From assembly GCA_018652045.1 (NCBI GenBank), contig JABICX010000010.1, forward strand, positions 114 through 64,113: DNA of 64,000 nucleotides, in the 5' to 3' direction. The stretch is from Candidatus Woesearchaeota archaeon. GTDB taxonomy: Archaea > Nanobdellota > Nanobdellia > UBA10117 > JABICX01. The notes below the pieces were generated by a model, which searched no databases, was not told the origin of the DNA, and saw only the letters and a program-made list of their open reading frames with translations. Position numbers and translations under genes: made by a program. Below, in pieces: positions 28,068 through 37,960 of the stretch (position 1 is its first letter; every line of letters begins with the position of its first letter).

Positions 28068-30251
28068 ATGCAGTTTTTGAAGGAAAAATTAAACCTTAGA
28101 ATCTATCAACAAACAATCTTAAACAGCGCAATTAATCATAATACACTCTGCGTTATCCCTACTGGTTTAGGTAAAACGTACATCGCTATTGGACTTGCAG
28201 GCCTATTGCTAAAAAAGAAGGGTGATCGCGTCCTTATGTTAGCGCCCACCAAACCATTAGTCAATCAGCATAAAAAAACATTTGAAGAATTCTTCAAACA
28301 CAAAGATGAGATTGTCGCGATTACAGGTACAACTCCTGCAAAAGATCGTGAGAAGATCTATGCGAATGCTAAGATAATAATCGCCACACCACAGACAATC
28401 AAACATGACATTCTAGCAGACCGCATCGATTTAAAGGACATCAAACTCGTGGTTTTTGATGAAGCACACCGCGCCTCAGGAGACTACGCATATGTTTCTA
28501 TAGCAAAATACTATAGCAAAGTCAAGGGTAAGATCTTTGCGCTAACTGCTTCGCCAGGTGCAGATGAAGAAAAAGTGAGAGAGATCTGTGTAAACCTACA
28601 CATTGATGTTATTGAGCAGAGAGGTAAAAAACATCCAGAAGTAGAACCCTTTGTCAAGCCACTTCTTACGAAGTTTGAGTTTATTGAGCTACCTCCAGAG
28701 TTCAAGAAGATCAAACACCATCTTGAACTATCAGTTAAAGACCGGTTAAAGATACTTAAGCAAATGGGTTTTGTACGAACTACGGACGTTAAAAAATTCT
28801 CTCGGAAGACATTACTTTCACTTCAAACCGGTCTGCGCGCAAGGATTCATGAAGGAGACTTTGACGTTATGCGTGGGTTATCGCTAGCTGCTGCTATTAT
28901 GAAGATAAATCATGCGATTAGTTTATTAGACTCTGAATCACTATCTGCATTAGATCAATATCTAACGAACATATGGACTGACTCAAAAACCACTAAAGTA
29001 AAGGCTGTCAAGAATATTGTAAATGACTTCCACATACGTGTGGCGTATCGACTCACACAGGAAGCTGTTGAGAAAGGTATTGAACATCCCAAACTAGAGT
29101 ACCTTCGAAGAGTTTTTGATAAGGTTATCAGTCAAAAACAAGACGCTAAGATACTAGTTTTTACTGAGTTTAGAAGTAATATTGATCGCATACTCAAAGT
29201 ACTAGATGGATTTCTTGTTGAGAAATTTGTTGGTCAGGCAAGCACGGTTGGTAAGGGTATGACTCAGAAACAACAGATTGAACGTATTCAAATGTTAAAG
29301 AACGGTGAGATAAACGGACTAGTATGTACATCTGTTGCAGAGGAAGGTCTAGATATCCCCTCAGTTGATCTTGTGGTATTTTACTCACCTGTTCCGAGTG
29401 CGATTCGAGACATCCAACGTAGAGGTAGAACTGGGCGGCAAGATATTGGAAACCTACTTGTGTTAATCGCTAAAGGTACGCGGGACGAGATTTACTATTG
29501 GGTTGCACGTAGAAAAGAGAGTGGTATGGAACAAGCAATACATACTGTTTCCAAAGACTTGGGTGAAAAAACCCAACAGACGCTTGAAGATATCCCTCAA
29601 AAAAACAAGAACGATTCAATCATAATACTTTGTGACAATCGTGAACGAGGTACTTTGGTAGAAGACATCCATGATCTAGGTGCGCAGATTAAGTTCAAGA
29701 ACCTTGAGGTTGGAGACTTTATTCTTTCAGATGATGTTGTGGTTGAGAAGAAAGAGGTTAAGGATTTTGTTAACAGCTTACTCGATAGACGGTTGTTTAA
29801 CCAAGCTATTGAGATGAAGCGCAATTTTGACAAACCGTTGATTGTTATTGAAGGTGACCTTGACGATCTTTATGGATCTCGTGCAATTGATCCTAATGCG
29901 ATCCGAAGCGCAATGATATCCCTAACATTGGATTATGGTATTCCTTTGCTCTTTGCTAGAACACCTAAAGAAACTGCGCAGTACCTGTACCAGATTGCAA
30001 AACGTGAGCAGATTGAAAGAAACAAGTCAGTATCTATGCGTGGATCTCGACGTGATTGGCCAATAGAAAGACAGCAACAGTTCTTGCTGGAGGGGTTACC
30101 AATGGTTGGTGAAAACCTTGCAACTGCCTTGCTCAATAAGTTTAAGACGCCCAAAGGAGTTGCAAATGCTTCTCTAAAAGATCTACAAGAGATTGAGAAG
30201 TTAGGTCCTAAGAAAGCAGAGATCATAAGAAAAGTTTTTGATGAAGTCTAA
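28068..30251 (+). CDS. hef: Hef helicase-nuclease (FANCM/XPF family)
   Basis: SF2 helicase (PTGLGKT, FDEAHRA, TASPG, QRRGRTGR). ERCC4 nuclease domain (IIILCDNRERG ... LEVGDFILS ... VEKKEVKDF). C-terminal HhH2 (LPMVGENLATALLNKF). Confidence 0.9.
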   Translation: MQFLKEKLNLRIYQQTILNSAINHNTLCVIPTGLGKTYIAIGLAGLLLKKKGDRVLMLAPTKPLVNQHKKTFEEFFKHKDEIVAITGTTPAKDREKIYANAKIIIATPQTIKHDILADRIDLKDIKLVVFDEAHRASGDYAYVSIAKYYSKVKGKIFALTASPGADEEKVREICVNLHIDVIEQRGKKHPEVEPFVKPLLTKFEFIELPPEFKKIKHHLELSVKDRLKILKQMGFVRTTDVKKFSRKTLLSLQTGLRARIHEGDFDVMRGLSLAAAIMKINHAISLLDSESLSALDQYLTNIWTDSKTTKVKAVKNIVNDFHIRVAYRLTQEAVEKGIEHPKLEYLRRVFDKVISQKQDAKILVFTEFRSNIDRILKVLDGFLVEKFVGQASTVGKGMTQKQQIERIQMLKNGEINGLVCTSVAEEGLDIPSVDLVVFYSPVPSAIRDIQRRGRTGRQDIGNLLVLIAKGTRDEIYYWVARRKESGMEQAIHTVSKDLGEKTQQTLEDIPQKNKNDSIIILCDNRERGTLVEDIHDLGAQIKFKNLEVGDFILSDDVVVEKKEVKDFVNSLLDRRLFNQAIEMKRNFDKPLIVIEGDLDDLYGSRAIDPNAIRSAMISLTLDYGIPLLFARTPKETAQYLYQIAKREQIERNKSVSMRGSRRDWPIERQQQFLLEGLPMVGENLATALLNKFKTPKGVANASLKDLQEIEKLGPKKAEIIRKVFDEV

Positions 30252-31060
30252 ATATATAGACTCGCTACAAATGCAGCGATTGAACAAAGTGCGATTGGAG
30301 GTAGTGCTGGAATTGCTCGTGGTTGAGATTGTGTGATAAGCATATAGTAGACAAGTGCGGCTCCAATTGTTGCTCCAGCAGCGATTGAAAGTGAGGAAAC
30401 AATACTTATCTTAGAAACTGCAACTGCGAAGATTAATGGGAATGCAACATCACCTGTTCCGAGAAGCATAAAACCACTTTTTGGCTTAACTTCTGAAGTC
30501 TTGTCAAACCAGCTACGCGTCATTGGAACAATGAGGGACAGCAGCAACCCTCTATCCATTAAACCTGTAAACATCTTTATCATGTGCTTGGTCTGGTAGA
30601 CTGCAATAACATCATATATTGAAAGTATCCCAAACAGAAAAAGAACGGTTGATATTGAAAGTGAGAATCCAAGTTCCGTAGAGATTCCAGCTATGGCTAA
30701 TATAATTGCTATGTTGTGCATAGCCACATATGGTAACGCTATCCAGAGAGCGACGACCGCCAGAGAAAGTATAACTGTTACTGTATTGGAAAAGAACGCG
30801 GAGAAAAGCGTCTGCGACCCGATGATAATAAGAAATACAAAGAGAAGTTTAAAGCTGAACTTGTGCTTTAGAAAGTGCATAGCTATAAACATCACTGATA
30901 CTGAAACTAGAAATATCCCTGCAAAAACCATCAAAGGTATCTGTGGAAGTATGTAAAGTTCAGGTTGTTGAACCAATAAACGAGTTGCTGCATATATACC
31001 TAATAATTGTATTAACCCGAACATAAACAGCTCTGCAACAAGTGCCTTCACTTTATCCAT
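30248..31060 (-). CDS. presenilin/signal-peptide-peptidase homologue (A22 intramembrane aspartyl protease)
   Basis: Polytopic protein with YD (SIYDVIAVY), GxGD (LLGTGDVAFP) and PAL (AIPALPP) motifs in the canonical order. Confidence 0.8.
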   Translation of the reverse strand: MDKVKALVAELFMFGLIQLLGIYAATRLLVQQPELYILPQIPLMVFAGIFLVSVSVMFIAMHFLKHKFSFKLLFVFLIIIGSQTLFSAFFSNTVTVILSLAVVALWIALPYVAMHNIAIILAIAGISTELGFSLSISTVLFLFGILSIYDVIAVYQTKHMIKMFTGLMDRGLLLSLIVPMTRSWFDKTSEVKPKSGFMLLGTGDVAFPLIFAVAVSKISIVSSLSIAAGATIGAALVYYMLITQSQPRAIPALPPIALCSIAAFVASLYI

Positions 31061-31095
31061 GGAGATATTTAGCTTTTGTAAAATATATAGTTTTG

Positions 31096-32451
31096 CTATG
31101 TGTTTGTAAAATCCAGTATTTGGATGCGCATGTTTCTCAGATTAAGAATTATTACTTTACCTGGATCGGGATGGTGTCCAAGTTTCTCTTGAAACGCCGT
31201 CTTCGCTTGAAAACAACTTGATGCAATACAAAGAACGCCTTTGTATGTAGACACGTCACTCTTATGAATATGCCCTGTATGCAACACATCTGGAACTTGA
31301 TAGATAATTAATGGGTTTGTCTTCATAGGCAAAAGTTCTTGCCCACCATATGTTGGTGAAAGATTTCTTCGTTTAAGAAAGTACTTCTGCACCTCTGTGC
31401 CCTTATTATATCCTCCAGCAAGTCTAAGTGGTTCTATTTCATTGATATAATAATCAAAACTATCTCCATGATACATCAAAACAGTTATTCCTGCGTACTT
31501 TTCAGTATGATGAAGTCGAATAAGTGCTGGATCAGTAACAAGTACTACGTTGTCCATCTCATGGAGATCGCCCGCCAAATATTTCGGTATCTTTGGTTTA
31601 GGTTCTTCAAGACGAATACCTTCATGTGTTCCAGGACAGATAACAACTTTCATGTGTTTTGGTATTTGCTTAATATAATCAATGAGTAGATCGTATTGTT
31701 TATGAATATCTTTTATCTCAAGTTCACGATCTTGTTGCGGGTAGACACCAACACCGTCAACCACATCGCCTGCAAATAAAACGTACCTAACTTTTTTGGC
31801 CATGTCTTTGTGCTTCACACCATCAACCTTACCATTTAACCACGCAATAAACGATTCAAAATCTTCCTTCAAAAACATGTTTGATCCAATGTGCATATCT
31901 GCAAGAAAGGCTACGTAAACATCTTCTTCAGTTGTAGGTATTATTTGTTGAGGTATGTCTGGCCAGATAATCTCATTAACAAAAAATACTCCTTTTGATA
32001 CACCGCCAATAAAACCGACAACTTCGTCTTTTGTCAAGAACTTTGCTTTATCAATTAAATCTTCGTTCTTGCTATGTACAATCGCAGTCATCTTTCCAGA
32101 TAGATCTTCCAAAGTAAGTTTAAGTGTCCCGGTTGGAAGTTTAGCGATATCATAAACCATTGCAATTACAGTTACTTTCTTCTCCTGAATCTGTGATGTA
32201 CGTGATATTGATACTGCGCTCCGCAACTCTGTGCGATTCATAAGAAAGTTACGCATCGTAGAATAATTCTGTCGATTAGCTTCATGAAAATCCTTTACTG
32301 TGATCTTACCAGGTTGATAGTTTGGTGATTGTAAAATCTCAACATTAGTCTCATTATGAAATAGTTGATCAACCTTCTCAAGAGTAGGTAACACTCCTTT
32401 CTCCAACAATTCCTTTATTTTCGATTTCATTACAGGATTAGAACAATTCAC
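31096..32451 (-). CDS. dp1: DNA polymerase II (PolD) small subunit DP1
   Basis: OB-fold followed by a calcineurin-like phosphoesterase domain (LADMHIGS, AGDVVDGVG, HTGHIH). 14-nt overlap with the upstream cdc6. Confidence 0.9.
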   Translation of the reverse strand: MNCSNPVMKSKIKELLEKGVLPTLEKVDQLFHNETNVEILQSPNYQPGKITVKDFHEANRQNYSTMRNFLMNRTELRSAVSISRTSQIQEKKVTVIAMVYDIAKLPTGTLKLTLEDLSGKMTAIVHSKNEDLIDKAKFLTKDEVVGFIGGVSKGVFFVNEIIWPDIPQQIIPTTEEDVYVAFLADMHIGSNMFLKEDFESFIAWLNGKVDGVKHKDMAKKVRYVLFAGDVVDGVGVYPQQDRELEIKDIHKQYDLLIDYIKQIPKHMKVVICPGTHEGIRLEEPKPKIPKYLAGDLHEMDNVVLVTDPALIRLHHTEKYAGITVLMYHGDSFDYYINEIEPLRLAGGYNKGTEVQKYFLKRRNLSPTYGGQELLPMKTNPLIIYQVPDVLHTGHIHKSDVSTYKGVLCIASSCFQAKTAFQEKLGHHPDPGKVIILNLRNMRIQILDFTNT

Positions 32452-33706
32452 CTTGCAAGGTTGTATTTATTTTTTCTAACATATCCGCAGGTATTGTTAT
32501 GTAAATCTCACGTGTTCGGCCATATCTTCCTTTTGAGATTAACCGTGCATTTATCAAACCCAACATATCTAACTCTGAAATAAGATCCGATATTCTTCGT
32601 TGAGTTAATATGTTATTTCCGGTTTGTTTACAGAGTTCCTTATATTGTTCAAAAACCTCTCCAGTTTCTGCTATCTCTCCGCGTTTTTTAGCTGCTAACA
32701 CAAGCAGGATCGAGTACATTACAATCTGACTTTGCTTTGGTTGCGTTTCGATAATCTCTAAAATACGTGATTTCTCTATCTTTTCTTCAGCCATATCTAT
32801 GTGTTGTGCAGCTATTGCTTCGCAGTTGGTTCGTTCTGCAACCTCTCCAGCAACACGTAGAAGATCAAGCGCCCTCCGAGCATCACCATGTTCTCTTGCA
32901 GCATATGCGGCGCACTTTGCTAGAACTCCGTCTTCAATAATTGGTCCTTTAAATGCTAAGATTGATCGTTTAGCTAATATATCTTTCAACTCAAGTGCGT
33001 TATATGGTGGAAATATTATCTCCTCCTCACCAAGACTTGATCGAACTCGTGGGTCAATATCTTCGATAAAACGCACATCATTAGAGATTCCAACGAAAGC
33101 CACTTGTGCTTGATTTAGTTCTGAGTTAATTCGTGTTAATGTATATAATATCTCGTCGCCTGATTTTCTTACAATCTGATCTATCTCGTCCAATACAATG
33201 ATAATTGTTTGCTTTTTTGCATCTAACTTAGTTAGAAAGATGTTGTAAACTTCATCAGTAGGTAGGCCTGTCATGGGCACATGCTCGCCAACCTCTCTTG
33301 CAAGTTGTGCGATTATTCGGTACTCGGTATCTGCCACTTTCTTCAACTTACAGTTAAGATATATTATCCTTAAAGGAATATTTCGCGACTCTGCCAATGC
33401 ATTCATCTTAGTTATTGTGTGTTTCATACAAAGAGTCTTACCTGTTCCAGTTTTACCATATATGAAAAGATTAGAAGGTTTATCTGTCTTAAGTGCTGGA
33501 GCAAGGATAGCTGCGAGTTGCTTCATCTGAGCAGTTCTATGTAATATGATCTCTGGCAGGTACTTAACTTGTAATACAACCTTATCTAAGAACAACGAAT
33601 CTTTCTCTAAGAACTCTTCAAAAAAAGTGTCTAATTCATCCTTCGTTTCTATCTTTACTTCAGTTGGTTGTTTAGCTACAAAATCTGAGATGTTTGTTTC
33701 GTCCAT
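32438..33706 (-). CDS. cdc6: Orc1/Cdc6 replication initiator
   Basis: AAA+ Walker A GKTGTGKT, Walker B IIVLDEID, sensor regions and a C-terminal winged helix (LISKGRYGRTREI). Confidence 0.92.
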   Translation of the reverse strand: MDETNISDFVAKQPTEVKIETKDELDTFFEEFLEKDSLFLDKVVLQVKYLPEIILHRTAQMKQLAAILAPALKTDKPSNLFIYGKTGTGKTLCMKHTITKMNALAESRNIPLRIIYLNCKLKKVADTEYRIIAQLAREVGEHVPMTGLPTDEVYNIFLTKLDAKKQTIIIVLDEIDQIVRKSGDEILYTLTRINSELNQAQVAFVGISNDVRFIEDIDPRVRSSLGEEEIIFPPYNALELKDILAKRSILAFKGPIIEDGVLAKCAAYAAREHGDARRALDLLRVAGEVAERTNCEAIAAQHIDMAEEKIEKSRILEIIETQPKQSQIVMYSILLVLAAKKRGEIAETGEVFEQYKELCKQTGNNILTQRRISDLISELDMLGLINARLISKGRYGRTREIYITIPADMLEKINTTLQGELF

Positions 33707-33710
33707 GAAC

Positions 33711-33723
33711 TTCCATTAGAAAT
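33711..33723 (+). repeat. ORB-like element 1 (TTCCATTAGAAAT)
   Basis: Perfect 13-bp inverted partner at 33807-33819. Resembles the TTCCA-N3-GAAA(T) mini-ORB core. Confidence 0.6.
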
Positions 33724-33806
33724 AACCCTTATATATATTTATATGGCAAAAAATAGAATTACTCTAAAAGAGTTAACCTATAAAGTTTGAACCCTCTCAC
33801 TCCTTG

Positions 33807-33819
33807 ATTTCTAATGGAA
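33807..33819 (-). repeat. ORB-like element 2 (reverse complement of TTCCATTAGAAAT)
   Basis: ATTTCTAATGGAA on the plus strand. Followed by the run ctatataataatatgtttttttatatatatttatatatattt, a DUE candidate. Confidence 0.6.
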
Positions 33820-33986
33820 CTCGCTCTATATAATAATATGTTTTTTTATATATATTTATATATATTTACAATATAGTAAATAACGTTACAACTTATTTCA
33901 CGCTTTACGTTCTTTGATTTTAAAACGAATACTACGACGAGTAACGAAACAACAATTTTGAAAGTAAAAATGTTTTGAAGAAAGAG

Positions 33987-33999
33987 TTCGAGTGGAAAT
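33987..33999 (+). repeat. ORB-like element 3 (TTCGAGTGGAAAT, degenerate)
   Basis: 10 of 13 matches to element 1. GTGGAAAT matches the classical ORB core more closely. Confidence 0.4.
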
Positions 34000-34015
34000 G
34001 ATCGGGTGAGAGTGA

Positions 34016-34354
34016 TTATATGTTTCGGAGTTTGTTTGCAATCTCTTTATTGCCAGAGGGTTGTGCATTTACACCAAGCTGAAATATTACTTGTTTTACT
34101 CCACTTCCCCAACTAAAATCTCCCTTAACATCCCTTATCTCTTTAAGATTAAAGACACCAAGTTCAACACCCTTGTTTAGGTGGTAATATATTGAACGCA
34201 TAGATATTTTTTTGTCATAAACTTTACAATACTTTTTGTACAAATCATATCCATAAGCTTCTTTTAGAAAGAACAAAAGATCTACCATTTCATCACGTAT
34301 CTGGCTTTTCGCTTTTCTTCCAAGTTTTTTAGACATACTATGATTTGTCACCAC
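34016..34354 (-). CDS. small winged-helix DNA-binding protein (PadR-like)
   Basis: 112 aa. LFFLKEAYGYDLYKKY...ISMRSIYYHLNKGVELGVF matches the helix-turn-helix plus wing layout of PadR-type wHTH proteins. Confidence 0.45.
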   Translation of the reverse strand: MVTNHSMSKKLGRKAKSQIRDEMVDLLFFLKEAYGYDLYKKYCKVYDKKISMRSIYYHLNKGVELGVFNLKEIRDVKGDFSWGSGVKQVIFQLGVNAQPSGNKEIANKLRNI

Positions 34355-34486
34355 AGCATTTAAAGTTTCCTTTTTTGCACTATTGAAAAGAATGAATTGT
34401 AGACATGGACATGTGTGTGAAACATATATATAATTGAGTGATTAAACTAAACAATTCTTTAAAACATAGCGCTGAGGTCCTTGATC

Positions 34487-37400
34487 ATGGTTGGAGAAAT
34501 CGTTTGCTCACCCCGCATTAAGAAGTATTTTGATAGACTTGATAAGGAAACACGTACTACACATGCTTTAGCTACCAAAGCAAGAGAGGTTGGGTTTGAT
34601 CCCGAACATAAAGTTGATATCTTACTTGCAGCGTCGGTCGGCAAGCGTGTTGAAGGAATTATAGCAGTTGTTGAACCTCGAATTGTGGACTCAGGTGTTG
34701 CAGAGCGAATATTTACTTTAGAAAAAAAGTATGGACCTGGCGATTGGCGAGTTGGAATGGTTATTGCGTGGGAGGTTGCGAATCACCAGTTCTTTAAGAT
34801 GGATAAGGAAGAACATGCGCTTGCAACCGGAATACGCACAGGTTTAGCATATACAACAAATGGTGTAGTATCCGCACCTGTAGAAGGTTTAGCTGCTATT
34901 AAACTTAGACCTCGACAAGATGGTAAGGGGGAATATATTTCAGTTTATTTTGCAGGTCCAATCCGCGGAGCAGGAGCAACACAACAAGGTGTTGCGTTGA
35001 TTATTGCAGATTATGTTCGAGTAAAGAAAGGCTTAGCAAAATATGATCCAACACCTGACGAAGTTAATCGATATTATACGGAGATGATTGATTATTATGA
35101 GCGAGTCGAACGTAAACAGTACAAACCCACAAAAGAAGAGATGAACTGGATAATACCAAACATGCCTATAGAGATAAATGGTGATCCAACTGCAGAACTC
35201 GAAGTTTCTAATTACAAGAACCTACCACGTGTTGAGACGAATCGTATTCGAGGAGGTTTAGCATTAGTCCTCACAGATGGTGTTGTTAAATATCCAAAAC
35301 TTTGGAAGCAAGTGTCTAAATGGCAAGACGAGTTTGGTATTGACTGGAATTGGATGAAGGAATACTTTAAGATTAAAAAGAAAGTGAGAGCATTAGATAG
35401 CGCTGGAGAGAAAACTGACGAATCAAAGAACAAGAACAAACTTACACCAAACTTTTACTATGTTTCCGAGATCGTTGCAGGTAGACCTGTGTTTGGATAT
35501 CCTTTGGAAACTGGTGGCTTTAGACTTAGATATGGTAGGAGTAGATTGACGGGCGATGGTAGTTGGGCAGTTTCACCCTTATCTGGCAGACTTTTGTTAG
35601 ATTTCCTTGCAACAGGAACACAGCTACGTGTTGAGCGACCAGGCAAGAGTACTGCGCTGACAATGTGTGATTCAATTGAAGGACCGATAGTTAAACTTGA
35701 AAACGGCAACGTTGTTCGTTTAGAGACTGAAGAACAGGTTAAGAAACTTCGAAGTCAGGTGAAGGAGATACTGTTTGTCGGCGACATACTTATCTCACAT
35801 GGTGATTTTAATGAACAAGGAACTACGTTAGTTCCACCTGGATATTGTGAGGAGTGGTGGTTACTGGAGATTGAGAAGCAAGAGAAAGACAAAGGCGTCG
35901 ATTTAAGGCAGGTTGTTGGTGATCTAGCAGACCGTTTGAAGAAAGATATCTTCAAAACCGTACCTTCTTTTGAAGATTCCTTGAAGATTTCCATGAAGCT
36001 TAATGTTCCGTTTCACCCATATTGGACACTCCATTGGAAGGATATATCTGAAGAAGATTACAATAACTTAGTTGGGTGGTGGTTAGCTAAGGAACATTCA
36101 TTAGAAAGTGAGAGTGATAAAAAAGTTAAACGATCTTTAGAGATATTGGGTTGCCCACATGTTGTTGAGAAAGGTAAAGTTGTTTTTGCAGAAGAGTATG
36201 CTAAGGTACTAAACTTTTTTCTTAAGGAGACGTCGACGGGAGAAGATGGTTTAGCCTGCGTAAACAAAACTTCGAATGTTACACAACGAGATAAATCTGG
36301 AACTGCCATCGGCGTAAGAATGGGTCGGCCAGAGAAGTGTAAGGTCCGTCCGATGAAAGGAACACCACATCTATTATTTCCAGTTGGTGATGAAGGTGGA
36401 CGTTTAAGGACATTCCAAGCAGCAGCACAGAATGGCAAGGTCACAGCACAGTTTCCAATCTTTTATTGTGATAAATGTAATCTACAAACCATATACTCTC
36501 GATGTGAGACTTGTAGATCGTTGACTAAATTGTACCGGATCTGTCCAATATGTAAGAAAAAGACAATTGATCTTAAATGTCATAGACCAACTCAGACTTA
36601 CGAAAAAATCGCGCTTGATGTTACAAAATACATTAACTCAGCACGTAAAGTAACAAACATACCACAGATACCTACTCAGATCAAGGGCGTACGTGGAATG
36701 ATGAACAAAGACCACTTTGTAGAATATTTTGGGAAAGGTTTGTTGCGAGCGAAATATAACTTACCTGTTAACAAAGATGGCACAATTAGATTTGATATGA
36801 GTGAGTTGGGAATAACACACTTCAAGCCAAAAGAGATTGGCTTATCTATTGAAAAAGCAAAGGAACTTGGATATGATGTTGATATTAAAGGCGCTCCACT
36901 AACTCATGAAGAGCAAATTCTCGAGATATTTCCACAAGATGTAGTTATGCCAGCATGTCCTGAGTCGCCGAATGAATTATCTGACGTAGTTTTTATGCGT
37001 ATAGCAAACTTTGTTGACGAAGAGCTTGTTAAAATCTATAATCAAAAGCCGTTTTATAATGTTACGAAACGAGCTGATTTGATTGGTCAACTAGTTATTG
37101 GTTTAGCACCACATACTTCAGCAGGAATTATTGGTAGAATTATTGGTTTTTCAGAGACACAAGGTGGTTTTGCACATCCATATTGGCATGATGCTCAACG
37201 ACGAGATTTAGATGGTGAGGAAACTGCTGCGTTCTTATTGATGGATGGATTCCTAAACTTTTCAAGACAGTATCTACCAGACCGGCGAGGTGGTAGAAGT
37301 ATGGACGCGCCACTTGTTCTTTCAACAAAGCTTAATGTAGAAGAGATCGACGACGAGGTTTTTGATGTAGATACTGGCTGGAGATATCCGTTATATTTTT

Positions 37401-37960
37401 ACGAAGCTGCGATGGAGATGAAAGCACCGTGGGACATTAAGATCGATCAGATAAAACATCGGGTAGGTAAACCTGAACAATACGAAGGTATTGGTTATAC
37501 GCACCCCGTTAGTAATATGAACATTGGTATTCGTAACTCTGCATATAAATCATTACCAACCATGCTTGAGAAGATGGGTGGTCAGCTAAAGTTAGCACAA
37601 CAGATTCGTGCAGTAGACCTGGGAAAGGTTGCACAGTTGATTGTAGAGGGACATTTTGTGAGAGATATCAAAGGTAACTTGCGAAAGTTTACAAAACAAA
37701 CGTATCGCTGTACTTCATGTAATACTATCTATCGACGACTACCTTTGAATGGAACGTGTGATCAATGTAAGAAAGGTAACCTCGTTTTTACAATTGCAGA
37801 GGGAACGATAAAGAAGTATCTTGAACCAACTCTTAAGTTGATCGAGTATGAAGGTGTGTCTCCATTTATCAAACAGTCGATAGAACTTCTGAGTCAACGA
37901 GTTGAATCAGTGTTTGGTAGAGATAAGACTAAGCAGTTAGGTTTGGACAGCTTTAATTGA
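34487..37960 (+). CDS. dp2: DNA polymerase II (PolD) large subunit DP2
   Basis: About 1157 aa. Conserved PolD catalytic-core blocks (GRPVFGYP, GGFRLRYGRSR, LAPHTSAGIIGRIIGF, DGEETA, RRGGRSMDAPLVL) and Zn-finger clusters (CDKC..CETC, CPICKKK, CTSC..CDQC). The track start at 34481 is TTG; ATG is at 34487. No intein is apparent. Confidence 0.92.
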   Translation: MVGEIVCSPRIKKYFDRLDKETRTTHALATKAREVGFDPEHKVDILLAASVGKRVEGIIAVVEPRIVDSGVAERIFTLEKKYGPGDWRVGMVIAWEVANHQFFKMDKEEHALATGIRTGLAYTTNGVVSAPVEGLAAIKLRPRQDGKGEYISVYFAGPIRGAGATQQGVALIIADYVRVKKGLAKYDPTPDEVNRYYTEMIDYYERVERKQYKPTKEEMNWIIPNMPIEINGDPTAELEVSNYKNLPRVETNRIRGGLALVLTDGVVKYPKLWKQVSKWQDEFGIDWNWMKEYFKIKKKVRALDSAGEKTDESKNKNKLTPNFYYVSEIVAGRPVFGYPLETGGFRLRYGRSRLTGDGSWAVSPLSGRLLLDFLATGTQLRVERPGKSTALTMCDSIEGPIVKLENGNVVRLETEEQVKKLRSQVKEILFVGDILISHGDFNEQGTTLVPPGYCEEWWLLEIEKQEKDKGVDLRQVVGDLADRLKKDIFKTVPSFEDSLKISMKLNVPFHPYWTLHWKDISEEDYNNLVGWWLAKEHSLESESDKKVKRSLEILGCPHVVEKGKVVFAEEYAKVLNFFLKETSTGEDGLACVNKTSNVTQRDKSGTAIGVRMGRPEKCKVRPMKGTPHLLFPVGDEGGRLRTFQAAAQNGKVTAQFPIFYCDKCNLQTIYSRCETCRSLTKLYRICPICKKKTIDLKCHRPTQTYEKIALDVTKYINSARKVTNIPQIPTQIKGVRGMMNKDHFVEYFGKGLLRAKYNLPVNKDGTIRFDMSELGITHFKPKEIGLSIEKAKELGYDVDIKGAPLTHEEQILEIFPQDVVMPACPESPNELSDVVFMRIANFVDEELVKIYNQKPFYNVTKRADLIGQLVIGLAPHTSAGIIGRIIGFSETQGGFAHPYWHDAQRRDLDGEETAAFLLMDGFLNFSRQYLPDRRGGRSMDAPLVLSTKLNVEEIDDEVFDVDTGWRYPLYFYEAAMEMKAPWDIKIDQIKHRVGKPEQYEGIGYTHPVSNMNIGIRNSAYKSLPTMLEKMGGQLKLAQQIRAVDLGKVAQLIVEGHFVRDIKGNLRKFTKQTYRCTSCNTIYRRLPLNGTCDQCKKGNLVFTIAEGTIKKYLEPTLKLIEYEGVSPFIKQSIELLSQRVESVFGRDKTKQLGLDSFN

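Larger units (their letters stand above)
33707..34015. other. probable chromosomal replication origin (oriC)
   Basis: 309-bp non-coding, extremely AT-rich gap directly upstream of cdc6. It is flanked by the dp1-cdc6 operon on one side and by a wHTH gene and dp2 on the other. It contains ORB-like repeats and long A/T tracts (see repeat features). Confidence 0.65.
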
